Positions 1 to 13,809 of a DNA stretch of 64,000 nucleotides are shown here, piece by piece (position 1 is the stretch's first letter; each line of letters begins with the position of its first letter). A program made the position numbers and the translations under genes. The stretch is from Bigelowiella natans CCMP2755. Taxonomy: Eukaryota; Protista; Cercozoa. The notes under the pieces were generated by a model that saw only the letters and a list, made by a program, of their open reading frames with translations, had not been told where the DNA came from and did not search any database. Location: assembly GCA_000320545.1 (NCBI GenBank), contig ADNK01002741.1, positions 1 through 64,000 on the forward strand, given 5' to 3'.

Positions 1-895
1 TGATGATCGGCATCGAGACAACAACGTGGCGGTATAGTCTACATTGTCATTCGCAATATCGAGCTTCCTTATGCTCTGGTGTTGAGAATGATACTGGGAC
101 ACGTAGAGCACATCCTCCCCGCCATTTGGGTCATTCCCCGCCTTGACAGCGATGTCAAACAAATGGGAAAATCGCGCGACAGACAATTGCCCATCCTTCT
201 TGTCGCCGGTGTATCTCCCTGACAAGGCATTGCAGATGAGTAAGTGGGGGAGGGGAAGCACAACGGGGAAGCAAGCACAGCGCTGGCCAAGATTTAGGTT
301 TTGCAAAAATCGGAAAAGTACAAATATAATAGCCCTTGGAACACGCACAGTATACACCCGTCACATACATTTCGTCGGCGACTCTCTCATACAACCCTCC
401 TCATTCTATGTTCCCGCCTTCTCTCCCCGTCCTGCGTACAAACCAGAAACAAGCTCCTTCGTCCCCCTGAACGTGTCGATCCTCACTACCGCGGTAGACG
501 TGACGCCATACACAGCATACTTATCTACAGCTGGGTACAGAGCTGTTTTTAGCGCTTGTAAAAAGCTCGAGGTCTTGGTTTCGTATTTCAGTTGTGTATT
601 TCTCTCTCTGAGATGTCTGGGAAGGAAAGGACGAGGGGGGGGGAGGGAGTGTTAGTTATAGCAGTAGCAATAGTAGGAAGTCGCAGCATTCAGCAGCATT
701 GATGGAAGAAAAGGCATTTTGCTAGTATGATTGAGAAGATGTCTTGGCATTAAGCTACGAGAGGAGGATACCGATATGCAAAATTGAAGGAATACCCAGC
801 ACAAACACTCATGGAAACTTATAATACAAGGCGCGGGTACAAGTACACCCTATCATCTATATCATTTACACACACACATACACACACACACACAC

Positions 896-937
<42 letters not shown>

Positions 938-1209
938 ATATTAAACCTACCCGCTGTTTTCGGTTGGAGCTTTGACTGTTGGAGACTTGCTCCATCCCGT
1001 GTAGGTGGGAGCTGAAGTACCCGCCACGTTGAGCTGAAACAAGTTAGCCCCCTGACTGAAGTATATCTCCTTGGGGCTGCCTTGCGGATTTAGGCACAAC
1101 CCAAATGCGTTATCCAAACCACTTCTGACCGTGTACGCGATCATGCTGTCCATATCCATGCCGCGCAGCTTTCCTGCATTCGGGATTACGATATGTTGTA
1201 AGAATAGTG

Positions 1210-1256
<47 letters not shown>

Positions 1257-2210
1257 GCTTGTGCGGGTAGGTAGGGGCAACATGGAAGTGGTATACCGTT
1301 ATGGTACTGCTCGATAACATAGAGGGCTTTAGCGGCACTATCCCACTGGAGCTTATAAGGTTTCTTGAAGTTAGCTGTAGCGAAGGGACCATCCACTGAG
1401 GATTGCACATTCTCGTCGCCCCCAATAACGGTGACTTGGATTGCATCATTTGTTGGCGATGATAGCCATGTGCTCAAGTCTAGTCGGAAAACCTGACCTT
1501 CGTCCTTGGTGATTGTGTACCTGTCGTTTGATGGAGAGGTGGCAGGGGGGGGGGGCAGAGTGTGAGCGAAAAGTTTTGTCATGTCTTGACCAAATTGTGC
1601 CCAGCTTGTTACATTTGTTTGCAATGCGGAGGATTAGCATGATCACAAACATGGTCACGATCATCATCATGGTCGCATCAAGGGTCGCATCACAGGAAAG
1701 TCATTAAAGCAAGTGAGAGTGTTCCTTACAGATAGGACTGTTCGGGGTCAAATGCAACGTCCGATGGCTTTTGAATCGCCAGCGGGGTTTCTAGTGACAT
1801 CACTGTATTCGTCGTCAAGTTGACGACGCGCAGCACGTCATTGCCATTATCCGCAACGAACAAACGCCCACCTATAGGAAACAACCAAATGTGTTTTATT
1901 TAACGACTCTCTTAAATGCAGATAAAACAGAAAATAATCCTTTAAAAAATATATATATATATTCTACGGGGGTATTCCTCTCTAGTTTTTACCATAGTAT
2001 TGGAGGCCATACACGAAACTGAAGCGAGCGTCGTCTGCAGGTCCGTCAACCGCGGACCTAGTCAAATAATAAAGCGTAAAAATTCGAATCCAATATGCTT
2101 CATTTAATCAATGCCGGTATTATATATTTAACGTAAAGTATGTGCGTGCGTGCATTTCAGAGAGGGAGAGAGAGATGGGAGAGTGGGGGGTAACTATAAT
2201 ATGAATATAT

Positions 2211-2296
<86 letters not shown>

Positions 2297-2450
2297 CAAT
2301 CTGTTATTCTAACGTACCCCCTACTGCCCCCACCAGCAAGGGTTGTGACTTGATCGAGACCGAGACTCACCTGGCACGTGTATCGGCAGCTTAGAATACA
2401 TTAAGCGGTGTTCCACACAACATTTGAGCCAATGGCGGATATCCTCCAAA

Positions 2451-2496
<46 letters not shown>

Positions 2497-2502
2497 ACAT
2501 AC

Positions 2503-2546
<44 letters not shown>

Positions 2547-3054
2547 ATGTTTAATATTTATATACTACCTTTCTAATCTTGCTCGTCTCGCCAGCGTAGA
2601 TGATAAGATTAGAGGAATCGGTTGCATCCACGGATATTGAAAAGGGGGTTTCGAATCTGTGCGGCGCAAGGTGTGCAAGTAAGTACACTAATGTGAGAAG
2701 TTGTGCAAGTACACTAATGTGAGAAAGAAGTGAGAACATTCGATGGGAGAAGGCGCCACCTAAAGACAGGCGTCTCTATCTAGGAGAAACCACGAAAATT
2801 TTATGTGCATTTACTAGAGCATTCGAGGATGCATATGGAGGGGCTAGGTGTATGAAGAGGTGAGAGTCAAGTAGAAAACAACATCCGCTCAGGCAGGACA
2901 GCGAGAGAGAGGCTACGATGAGGTGAAAATGCACGGAAGAAGCCTACACGCACGATCAAGCATTTCTCCAGGAAAACTACTTCGCTTTTGTGAGAGAGCC
3001 ATCCCTTGAGCCCGTCCATGATCCAGCTACGACTTTGTAAGTTGGAATCTGCAA

Positions 3055-3090
<36 letters not shown>

Positions 3091-3184
3091 CATAGGCTCT
3101 TCCACTGAGTGCGCATGTTGCCATAGGAGAGCGAAATATAATATTATACATATGAAACCGCCGATTTAAGAGACATGGATTTTG

Positions 3185-3270
<86 letters not shown>

Positions 3271-3979
3271 TTTCATGTCCTCTCTATCTTCATCTTTCCT
3301 TTCTTCATAGATATTGTGGCCGAGAGGGTATCTACGAATTGGACTACCAAGCTCATTATCGTGTGGGCGCATGCTCCGAACACCTTCAGCTGCCCGTTTA
3401 CCTGATGCCGACGGCGGCAGAGGTGAAAGGGTCAAATCAAGATAAAGATGGTGCTGCATGATGACGCTGATGACGATGATGATGATGATGACGATGATGA
3501 TAATGAATGATGTGTGATGGCGAAGCTAGGTTTCGGATTCTTTACGGATGCTGGTGATGGTGTTAGTAGTGCTATGTTTGATCAATGTGAAAATATATAG
3601 AAATATAATATACATACATATCCGAGTTGAATGTATATGTCGATTTGTTCGATGGGTTTAATCGGTCGTTGATTTTACCACAACAGCGTCCAAGCCGCGA
3701 ATATGGCGCTTTCCTGTCTTGAGCTGGACTCTTGAAACAAACGGTCGGATTCTTGTCGCAGTTGGGGAATAGGAGCTTGTTGGAGCAAAAGTGCGGGGAG
3801 CATTTGTAGTCTAGGATATGTGATGAATCAGATATTATATAACACATATATTATGCACTCAATATACATATTCCATTCATGGGCTGAAGAGGGAGGGAGG
3901 GAGAGAGAGAGAGAGAGAGAGAGGAAAAATATAGGGGGGGGATATTGAAAAATATTATTTCCGTATATATACATGCATA

Positions 3980-4025
<46 letters not shown>

Positions 4026-5230
4026 CGGTATAAATAATATCCATTTTAAAATGTGCTCACCGGAGTTTGCGATGGGCTTCGTGTGCTTGTTGGCACTCTA
4101 GTCGGGGAAGCCGTAGGAGCCGTAGTAGGCATTGCTGTGGTAGGTGTGCTTGTTGGATTACAGGTCGAGGGAGATGACGTGCTTGGAGCTGCGGTGGGGG
4201 CCGCCGTTGGGGAGAGAGTTGGTAGAGATGTAGAAGGCGCATTAGAGGGAGAAGAGGTCGCGGGAGATGACGTAGTCGGGTTCATCGAGGGCACACGCGT
4301 TGGGCAGTAAGAAGGACTTACTGAAGTAGGTGTGCAAGAGGGAGAAGAAGTCGAGGGAGATGACGTGACCGGTGTCGTTGACGGCATTGCCGTTGGGGAG
4401 ATAGTAGGATTTGTCGTGGCAGGTGAGCTAGAGGGGGAAGAGGTGGAGGGAGACACCGTGCTCGGAGTCATCGACGGCATTGCCGTTGGGGAGATAGTAG
4501 GATTTGTCGTGGCAGGTGAGCTAGAGGGCGCGGAAGTGGAGGGAGACAACGAACTTGGACTCGTAGTTGGTGTCACCGTTGGGGAAAGAGAAGGTGTTGA
4601 TGTCGGCGCGCTAGAGGGGGTGGAAGTGGAGGGAGACAACGAACTTGGACTCGTAGTTGGTGTCACCGTTGGGGAAAGAGAAGGTGTTGATGTCGGCGCG
4701 CTAGAGGGGGTGAAAGTGGAGGGAGACAACGAACTTGGACTCGTAGTTGGTGTCACCGTTGGGGAAAGAGAAGGTGTTGATGTCGGCGCGCTAGAGGGGG
4801 TGGAAGTGGAGGGGGAATTTGTTCGTGGTGACACCGTGGGATCGAATGTCGGACCTGGGGTACATTCAAATAACATATATATCAGTTTATGCATTATAGA
4901 CAATACCGTGAATGGTATCCAAGGAATTCTCCCGCAATAACATCAATTCACTATCATTGACATTTCGTGCAAAAATATGATCAAAGGACTCTCCCCTCCT
5001 CCTTCTATCCCCTCCTTTCTCCACTCTTATTTATCCTCACCGAAAGTCTCGGGCGATAGAGATGGCTGGTGCGTTGGGAAAGTTGTTCCCGGCTGCGCGG
5101 TGCTAGGCGAATCAGTTGGACTTGCAGTCGGTTGGTTCGTCAGTGGTGATAACGAAGGAGTTGAAGTATTTGGCGATTGCGCATATACAACAGGGGCCGT
5201 GAGATATATCAACACCGTGAGCCTCACCAT
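1..5230 (-). CDS. Secreted/surface protein: signal peptide, long Pro/Thr/Ser mucin-like stalk and NHL-repeat beta-propeller(s); multi-exon, 3' end outside the window
   Basis: ATG at 5230 (MVRLTVLIYLTAPVVYAQ, signal-like). Exons 5230-5041 and 4854-4061 splice in frame at GT-AG. Later exons give NHL-like blades: FETPFSISVD..IYAGETSKIRK, VTTLAGGGSRGSAVDGPADDARF, RLFVADNGNDVLRVVNL, QKPSDVAFDP, VDGPFATANFKKPYKL, KDGQLSVARFSHLFDIAV..LYVSQ..SIRKLD. Confidence 0.8.
3191..3266. repeat. (TA)n microsatellite in an intron (one of the longest of many)
   Basis: Direct reading. Similar TA tracts lie at about 900, 1215, 2215-2292, 11748, 31653, 36340-36545, 45381, 55661 and 63647, all intronic. Confidence 0.95.
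4380..4812 (-). repeat. Coding tandem repeats in the mucin stalk: about 3 near-identical 90-bp units plus a 93-bp-period duplicate
   Basis: The unit ctagaggg..gaagtggagggagacaacgaacttggactcgtagttggtgtcaccgttggggaaagagaaggtgttgatgtcggcgcg starts at 4521, 4611, 4701 and (partial) 4791. gacggcattgccgttggggagatagtagg occurs at 4380 and 4473. Confidence 0.9.
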
Positions 5231-5520
5231 TAGAACCCACCCGGTATCATCAACCCCCTGACACCCCATTGCTGTGCGCTTATTTGGATGGAGCCAAGGC
5301 AGAGCGAATGTGGAGGGGGGCGACAATAAGTAACTGGTACCGGGGTTTGTCGCACCTAAAAATCCCCTTTGATCTAGGGAAATGAAATGTGGCAGTTACG
5401 AAAAGTTAACAAATTCATTTTTGATGTGGGAAATATTCTTCAGAAATTCATTTTTCTTATGTCGGAGGGCGAAAAACGCATTGCATTTATTACAATTTTG
5501 TCGCTTCATGAAAGTAACGA

Positions 5521-5588
5521 GATGACGAGCGACATGCTACATGTGATCATGCGTGATGACGAGCGACATGCTACATGTGATCATGCGT
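5521..5588. repeat. Perfect 34-bp tandem duplication
   Basis: gatgacgagcgacatgctacatgtgatcatgcgt at 5521-5554 and 5555-5588. Confidence 0.95.
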
Positions 5589-5765
5589 GGCGTAACTTCT
5601 CAGCCCATGGAACAGTTTGAATTCCATGATGGAACGGAGGAGTGGCTACAATGCCATTCTTGATTCCTTTTGGTTTCACTAGATGGTCCTCACTAAAGTT
5701 AGTTCGAGGCACTGCGTTTCGTACACTGCAAATGTCTTGTCACATTTTGGAAATGTAGTTCTTTA

Positions 5766-6370
5766 TCATTGTTCATTGTTCATTGAATTCCTCCATGCAC
5801 TGCAAGTGTCTTGCCACACCATGGCACATCTGCCTCCTTTCTTCCATGTCTGCCCTCTCATGCTGCGACGCCAATTCAGTTCAAAGCGTAAATCATCTCT
5901 TTCAACACTGTTCTCACCTTCACGATCCGAGAAGCAGTCTCTTGTCCAGTGTGAGCATGGCTTTGGCGCATGCCAGCATGGTTCATCTGCACAAAACTCC
6001 TTCATTTTTGGCTTTTGGCATTGACTCCTCTGGTCCCCATGCTGGCATGCTCTAGCCTCTTCTAGCCGTGCCAGAGCTAGAGTGTTCCTCTAGTTCTGTC
6101 AGGTGTTTTTGGGTTGCCGGCCTTCCTAGCTTCCTCTGTGTTCTGCATTTTTCCTCCTTCCTTGGGATCGCGCAGTGCATCAATCTAGTTGTGCAGCGAG
6201 CGGCCTTCTAGCCTTTCTAGCTTTCTAGCTTTAGCTTCAATTTGTTGTTCGCCACGATGCGAGAAACAGTGAGAAAGCTAGAAAGCATCCAATCGCGATG
6301 CACGCCGCCCGGCACACGGCACGTGCTAGCGTGGCGCATGCCATGTGTGTCTCGTGCTCATCTCTAGTTA
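5766..6370. other. TpA-depleted, CTAG-rich intergenic block, probably a decayed repeat/TE relic
   Basis: Hand count for 5821-6360: 13 TpA, 11 of them in CTAG. The minus-strand ORF 5766-6005 is Cys/Trp-rich, as expected if Tyr codons had decayed. Confidence 0.6.
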
Positions 6371-6724
6371 GATTGCGCATCAAAAGGTGCAGTCGCTGTC
6401 CATAGCTGTGATGAAGCTACATGCACGGGCGCGCAACAGCGTTACATCTGACATGGCAAAATGTTCGCATTGCAGAATTGTACGATGCAAACTTTTTGCC
6501 ATTTCTATAGCTAGGTCGAGCTCGTATTTCGAACGTGTCACGCCAGCATGGACTACGATATACAACAGTGATTTCCATGCAACAAATCGAGCGGCAGCGC
6601 AGGCTCGATTGTACAATGGTTTACGTAGGTGCGAGATGTAATCATTTTAACTCTACAGAATACATTCACAAATCACACCGTAGGTTCCATATTTATATTC
6701 GTTCATTCTGTCTTGAAAGCAAGT

Positions 6725-7985
6725 TTAGATCTTCACGACATCAACGCGAATGCGGTCTTGTGTCTTACGGTCGAATTCATCCCCTTCAACTTGTTCCTAA
6801 TAATAGGAAAATTGATTTTTTTGTTGGTCCAACTAATCAAAATTTCAAAGCTGCTGTTTCCTTCGCTTAAAGTTGTAGTTGTATATTATAACCAGTATCT
6901 TCATATAAGTAGTAAGTTCGTTTTTGGAACTTTTGGATTATGCGAGATACCTTCAAATCATGGAGAGTCACCATTGCGTACGTGCCTCCCGACGGGCCTT
7001 TGCAGCAAAAAGTTTCATTCAGTTTATCTATCTTGTGGTTTTGCAGTGATTGTATGCCTGCTGATCACTTCACCCTTTCCTCCCCCTCACTTAACAATGC
7101 TCAGTATGCAACATAAGATCTGGCGTGTAAACCTTTTGCTAGCTTGCCAGGATTCACGCATACTGTATTCTGAAAATAATGGATGTAGTTTTAGTTTATT
7201 TTTTGAAATATTATGAGCTTAGGCTAATAAATGGTACTCCGCTCTAGTAGAAGGATGTATTGTTCCGCATCAACTTGGAAACTCTATTGCTAGTGCGATA
7301 GCTTTATTCGGTTGCTCAGAGGTAAGCACGTGAACAGCCATTCATGTATGCATGCAAGCCGCACCCCATCGGTAGATTTATTTGCGAAGTAGTTTAAGTC
7401 TCCCGGGGTGATAAGGAGATCCGGCTGCACATTCATTCTCATCCTCATCGCGTGAGTGTGATCTAGAGGCGTCTTCTTCTCCGCAGGATAGAGAGGGTAA
7501 AAACTGCAACGAAAGGTCCAAAGGAAGAGGCAGTACACCAAAATTAGAATGAGCATTGCCACGCGTTGAAAGAATGTGTTAAATCGATTAATCAACGCAC
7601 TTTCTTTGAGAGATCAGGTGAGATGCGAGACGTGTTAATCTATTTGACTTTTCCCCAGGCCCACGCCTAAAGAAAACACATTTTAAGTCAATCAACATAC
7701 AGGTGGGGGGCAATAGGATGAGACATCGAACGGAAGAACTCCCATCCTTATTTCAATGTTTAACATGACGACCGGCTGATCTCTTGTTTGCTCATATGCT
7801 TGATGACATCCACGTTTGATATTCTAAAACGTAGGGGAACCCAAGTATCCAACCAACAACATGTGAGTCAGACCATACTTTTCCCGTTATCAGTCGATCA
7901 GTCGTTCAGTCGCAATGCAGAGGGGAAATGCCCGAACGAGATTGACGAATATGTATGGCGCCGTAATCGAGCTGGTATAGACCAC

Positions 7986-8039
<54 letters not shown>

Positions 8040-10886
8040 CAATATGTATACCCGATCGTAATGTCATTCACTTTGAACATGGCAGGGTTGGGAAGAAAAT
8101 CGATGTTCTGTCAAACATTAGAACGAGGAGATTTATTACTTCGAGCAAGGATAGTATGCCATTCAAACAGGTGATGTATGTGTGTGTGTTTCTTCTCTCA
8201 GTTTATTGAGTCAATACATGTGCTTCCAAGGTAGGGTTCGGGGGCTGCGGGTACACAACGTGCTCATGTGCATCTAGAGAATACGGTAGAGAACAAACGT
8301 ATTAGAGCTGCTGCAATTCGGCGGGGGCGGGGCGATGCAAATGAAAGGAAGATATACGCACATACGGAAAGTGTTGCACGCACCATTTGGACTTGGGATA
8401 ATGAGTGCGTGAGTTGTCGAGCCTCGAAGTTTGTGTGCCACGGTGTTTATCACCGCCTATATATGAATACATTGGAATCAGCTACGAGGAAATCGATGAT
8501 GCGGGCATAACAGCAGTGCACCTTGTACTGATCTTCGTAAGTTTGGCGCATCTCTCCAAGGAACACCTTCCTGTGTAGTGAAGGTACGAATGGCCCCGCC
8601 TACAATGTGTGTTGAACGCACGATAATGTATGTGTATCAAGCATGTTTTAGTTTTATGCTTCGCAACTTTTGATGGATCTCGTATCATGCAATGTTATAT
8701 GTGCTTGGACGCGATTTATTACCATGATGAGCACATCGGGTCTTCTTTGCTCGACGGCGTCCATCAACGCAGTCAACGGCCAGTAACGCAAGTTGTCGCT
8801 AGTGGTGAAAGGCCCTGCCGAACGAGTATAGAAAGATTGGAAATGTTCCGTCAGGCTTCGTTGAAATACAACGCGTCTGACATGAGACAACTCACCGACT
8901 GCAACCATGACCGAAGTGGGTCTTGTCTGTAAGCTCTTCTTCTCTTGCAAGAACTTTTGCAGCGGATACTTTGGAGATGGAGAGAACGAAGGCTGCGCGC
9001 ACAAATTATTGATGTAAGTTATGTTTTGCGGCGTAGTTACTGCGTTGTTACTTTTTTAAGGCCACTCACCACGAACACTCTTTTTGCAATGAAGCAATGG
9101 CCAGATGGGTTTATCCCCTCAAAGGCGACCACCTACGATTACAAGATATTCATAAACTCTTCAGTGATTCTTTGAGGTCGCGCTGATTTTTCCACGCACC
9201 TGTCCAGGGAACAGGGCGTAGGACTGTAGCTGCGACACATCGAGTTTGATATGATTTCCAGCCGAGATAACCTTGAATATGCACGGTATGATGAGATACT
9301 TTTTTCGCATTTCAATCCAGCCGGCGTGCAGCAATGATGCATGCCAGTTTATATTACCCGATCCCCTTCCAAAATGAGCGACTTGGAGTTGAGGGAACCT
9401 GGTAAAAGAGCCATGTTTGAGTTGTTCTTATAAATCTGATCGCAAGATAGCGCTTACCTTCCGTGGCTTCGTTAATTATGCGTCCACAAATGAACGACGT
9501 TTTCTTTCGATATTAAAGAAAATTGTAAGATATAGTTTATTTTCGCATCGTTTGAGAGGATGAATTTGGTGTAGCAAAATTAAACCTGCGCTGGGAAGTT
9601 CACTGGCGAGAACTCAAAATCCTCCAAATCCTTATACTCCGGAAGCAATGCGATCTGTTCTTCTAGTTTCCGCATCAGGAACGCAGTCATGGCGTTAAGG
9701 TCTAACAAAAACATTTAGATGGACAGCTTCATCACAACTTATACAATTTGAGATTTAGACATGGACATGTGGAATCGCTTCTTGTATGGTTTATTGCAGC
9801 AAAGCTTACTTTCGCTGACTTCCTCCATCTCCATGAACATATATCGGAATTTCTCGTTTTTGGATGACAATTTCCAACTCTCTAGAAGATCAATAGACAC
9901 GCTTACAGTCTGCTTCACTCCGTTTGTGGCCGGGACAAGAGATGAATTGTAGGTAACGACGGTTTTGCCAGGATCTTTACGATTTTGCCAGGATGACGAG
10001 GGCGGCGACGCGAGTATGCTAATTAAATTAAGGGTAAGCTTGTGCAATGGGGTCACACTTTTTTAGAAATACCCCGGTGATTCGAAAGATGGTCCATAAA
10101 CTTTCCTCCTCTTATTGTTTTCTTTGATAGGAGTGAGGTAGCTATCCTCAGGTTCCGCCTGCACAAACATTTCCCTAAACATCTTCGTTTGAATAATTGC
10201 ATCTACCACCAGCATACCTTGACGCTTAATGCTTGTGACAGAGCGTCCATCTTAGCGAGGCCTTCTACATCCATGAAATTTTGTGGCGCTGTTGGCTTTC
10301 TCATAGGCGTCTTTGAGGTCGACATTTTCTTGCGACCATACTTTCTCTGGCGTGCCTCAAACTTTTCTCGAGCTTTACGTTCAATTGCTTCGAGATCCTT
10401 GAAAGATAAGACCATACCACCTCCTGCCCCAGCACTCATTTTCTTTGTCACCATTTCCGCCTCACATTTGATTACGAACGAGTCGGCAGATAACTCGTAT
10501 TTATTGCAAATATCCACACCTACGGCGAAGAAGAATTCTTTCATAATTGGACTATTCGACGGCATAATTTTAAAAAGACAGCAATACATCTCTCCATCAG
10601 ATACTATCTAACTCTATTGGGTCCGCATAGCCGGGACAATATATATCCTCAAGCTCGGAGAAACCACAAGCATTTTTACATCATTTGGAGAATTTAAGAA
10701 CTTAAAGGCCGATATGTTACTTCATTTTTCTAATTTCACACTGAGACCTTAGCTCCGGGTGTGAAAGAATGAAAACGATGGAAAATAAGAGGGGGGGTGC
10801 TTACATCGGCTAGCGATCTTTCTATCAGGCTCGGGAAGGTCGTATGCCTCGAAGGCCTCGAAGATGTCACCCACGTTGGCGCTCAT
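6725..10886 (-). CDS. POLA2: DNA polymerase alpha/primase regulatory subunit B (Pol12), multi-exon
   Basis: Spliced peptides: MSANVGDIFEAFEAYDL..CVDICNKYEL, FRYMFMEM, CGRIINEATEGSLNSKSLILEGDR, KLDVSQLQSYALFPGQVVAFEGINPSG, GPFTTSDNL, PDVLIMAGPFV, VYPQPP, LPNPAMFKVNDITIG, FYPLYP, PDLLITPGDL, VCVNPGKLAKGPSGGTY. It ends RVDVVKI-TAA at 6727-6725. The junctions I checked are GT-AG. Confidence 0.95.
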
Positions 10887-11362
10887 TCTTGTGAAGTCTT
10901 GCACCGACTGCTCGAGTAGCAACAAATCAACAGCAAAGATTGTCAAATTGAATGGTAAAATAAATTTGCGTCAAGATATTGAACGTGATTCTTTCAAAAT
11001 AGGACGGTATTTCTTAATTTTTTTTGTCAAGATCCTCTTCAGATACAGACGCGATTCGCGCCGTCCACATGAAAATATCTCGAATGCAGGGCAATAAGAT
11101 AGTATTATTTTGGGAAACGTTGTCGTAAGATGATGTGTAACGTCGTACCCCAAAAAATCATCATTGACCATCCCACAATTGCGCGAAGCTCTTCTGATTT
11201 AGAGGGAACGCGGCAAAATTTCTGGGAGAACCTTCACTGTAAAGAGCGACAACGCAAATTTGAAGTCGTTCATCATAAATATCACCTATTATTACGAAAT
11301 GTCATTATTTAATTTGCTTCTTCAGATTTGAATTACAGATTTGAACAGCGAACAGCAGAACA
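10887..11362. promoter_or_regulatory. Head-to-head (bidirectional) promoter with E2F-like and CHR-like motifs
   Basis: 476 bp between divergent ATGs. ATTCGCGC at 11054-11061 and GCGGCAAA (reverse of TTTGCCGC) at 11210-11217. TTTGAA/TTCAAA at 10993, 11259, 11327 and 11340. Confidence 0.5.
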
Positions 11363-11745
11363 ATGGCGGGCCTCAGGCCACGTGCCCTCATCGGCGTGCC
11401 ACTGACGCTGTGGACGTTCTTCGTTTCCTTCGATGGGGTAGTTGTAGGCAGTGACTTGGTACAGAGCAATCAGCTACCTATCACAGGTATTATTATTTAG
11501 AAGAGGGGAGAGGAGACAGCACCGTTTATTGTATATCAACGGAGGCACACAGCATTCGCTTTGATTCGGAGAAAATAATACCATTATTAGATACACGGCA
11601 TTGAATATATCTCTTTGAGCAACAATTCCCAATTCTTTGTAGAAATACCTGTGGTTGACATGGGATCTAAATTGGATCGGGCAGCATCTGTTCGGGAAGG
11701 TCATTTCGCTCAATTCCCTGCTGTATGTTGCAGAGCTTCTCAATG

Positions 11746-11791
<46 letters not shown>

Positions 11792-12901
11792 ACATGTGTA
11801 CACATATGTAGTACACATATTATCTTCCGTCCCAATGCACTATGCCCACGGTGGCTAGACTAGCATGGTTCGAAAAAACAATGAATCCAAGGCTAGTTTT
11901 TCGCAGAACAAATGATTGTTTGAAAATTGACAGCGTGTTTACACACCGGATTCTTCTACATCAAGAACCACGGCGTCAACAACGAGACGGTAGTGACATA
12001 TGGCCCATTCCCACGCAGGCGGGATCATTGGATGAAACTGCGAATTCCTTGTACGAAAACGGTTAGGTCGAAAAGGCATTCGCGCAGGTGCACGCCCTCT
12101 TCGCCCTTCCTTTGGAAGAAAAACTTAAAATGCTGCAGAATGAGCATAATCGAGGCTATACCAGAGAGAAGGTATTCTCGTCCTATTTATTCGAAGGGGA
12201 AAAGTATAAATGTTGTTTTACAGAAAGGACACTTTTAGTGTCGTAGGGCAAAGCTTATCGTTATTTTTCTTGAGAGAGGCGCTCGGCATATCGTTTTCAT
12301 TTAGTTTCATTCAGATTTGTTCGTCGCGCACTATCGTCGCGCACTACTGACCCTCCTTCACCATCTCTAGGAAGAGCTTTTGGACCCCGGCACCCAAAGA
12401 GAAGGCGACTTCAAGGAGGGGTTCTATATTGGAGTTGAGGTAGTGTGTCTCACTGAAATCAGCAATTGAATGCACAACATCGCGCAGACCTCATTATTAA
12501 AAAAACTGCAATGAACATCATCCCACAGAACGAACCTGTGGCGGTTTCCCTCCGCTGCATGCATTGCCTTGCCTTTTGAGAACGCATACGAGCTTGCGCA
12601 ATGTAACGTATTGTCTTTGACTGCAATCGTTTCTAAGGCCGAAGTCGACAGTGAATTGGCAAAGGCTTTTCCTCTCTTCGGCCCCAACCAGTATCGTCTC
12701 TGATGCCAAACACAAAAGATGATATCTTGACCCTAATAACGCTTTATAATCCGGAATTTATAGCCACAACTTCATGTTATTGTTGTGCGTCATCGACGTG
12801 TTTCTAAGGTGGCCAGATGAGCCCAGGGTATTGCCTGGTTTTCGGGAGGAAATGACGGTGAGTGAAGATGACGTGATACGAATACATTAGCGGCATCATC
12901 A

Positions 12902-12942
<41 letters not shown>

Positions 12943-12970
12943 ATTTGTAGAGAGAGAGAGACAGAGAGAG

Positions 12971-13014
<44 letters not shown>

Positions 13015-13772
13015 AGATTTATAAATTAATGTGTGCTTTTTCGTAACTATAATATTAGGAGTACTTCGACTCGTTAGTGTCTCTTGGGCGGCGTGTAAGT
13101 GAAATGCTGGCGGAATCGCTTCTTCTGCCCTCGTAATAATACCAGCCAGTAGAAGCAGCCGTCTTAACCATGAGCATTGCACCGTCCAATGGGAGGGCTC
13201 ATAATGAGCATGTCCTCGTAACTATTCAACCTGTTTCGTTGCGAGGTTGATGGCGGTAACAACGATAAGCTGATATTTGTCTCTCTATTACTCCGTTCCC
13301 CCCCCCCCCCCCCGCCTCTCCCCTCTATCGACAAACAGCGACTACTTTCTGCAGCATCTAACCCGTCCTCTCGCCATCTTGAGGCTGCTGAGGTGCGCAG
13401 ATTCGAGGATGATGTATCATCTGTGCGTTTGGAACAAGTGTTGTTAGGAGCCGCCGCCTTCCATTACCATTCTGCGAGATCATACGTCTTGACTACTATA
13501 TCTATCCACGATTGTGCTATTAAGGTACATGCCGGAGGTTTCAGACGTGGAAAACGGGAAGTTCGGCGCGGGGGCGCACAGCGATTATGGTCTGATCACC
13601 ATTCTAGCAACGGTACTTGTCGTAAGCCGTAGCTTTAGCCAGTCTCCCCTTCAACGCACCGATGATGTGGAGTCATGTGGAAATCGGTCTCTTTGTGTGT
13701 GTGTGCGTGCGTGCGCATTTGCCGCCTCTTCGTAGGACGGGACACCCGGCTTGCAGGTCGAAGTCGCGCCGG

Positions 13773-13809
<37 letters not shown>

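Noticed and set aside
4053-4940. Plus-strand Val/Gly/Glu-rich ORFs
   Set aside because: Antisense shadow of the PTS repeat exon; the splice signals and signal peptide support the minus strand.
4521-5588. Tandem repeats as a possible CRISPR array
   Set aside because: No unique spacers; these are coding or simple duplications in eukaryotic DNA.
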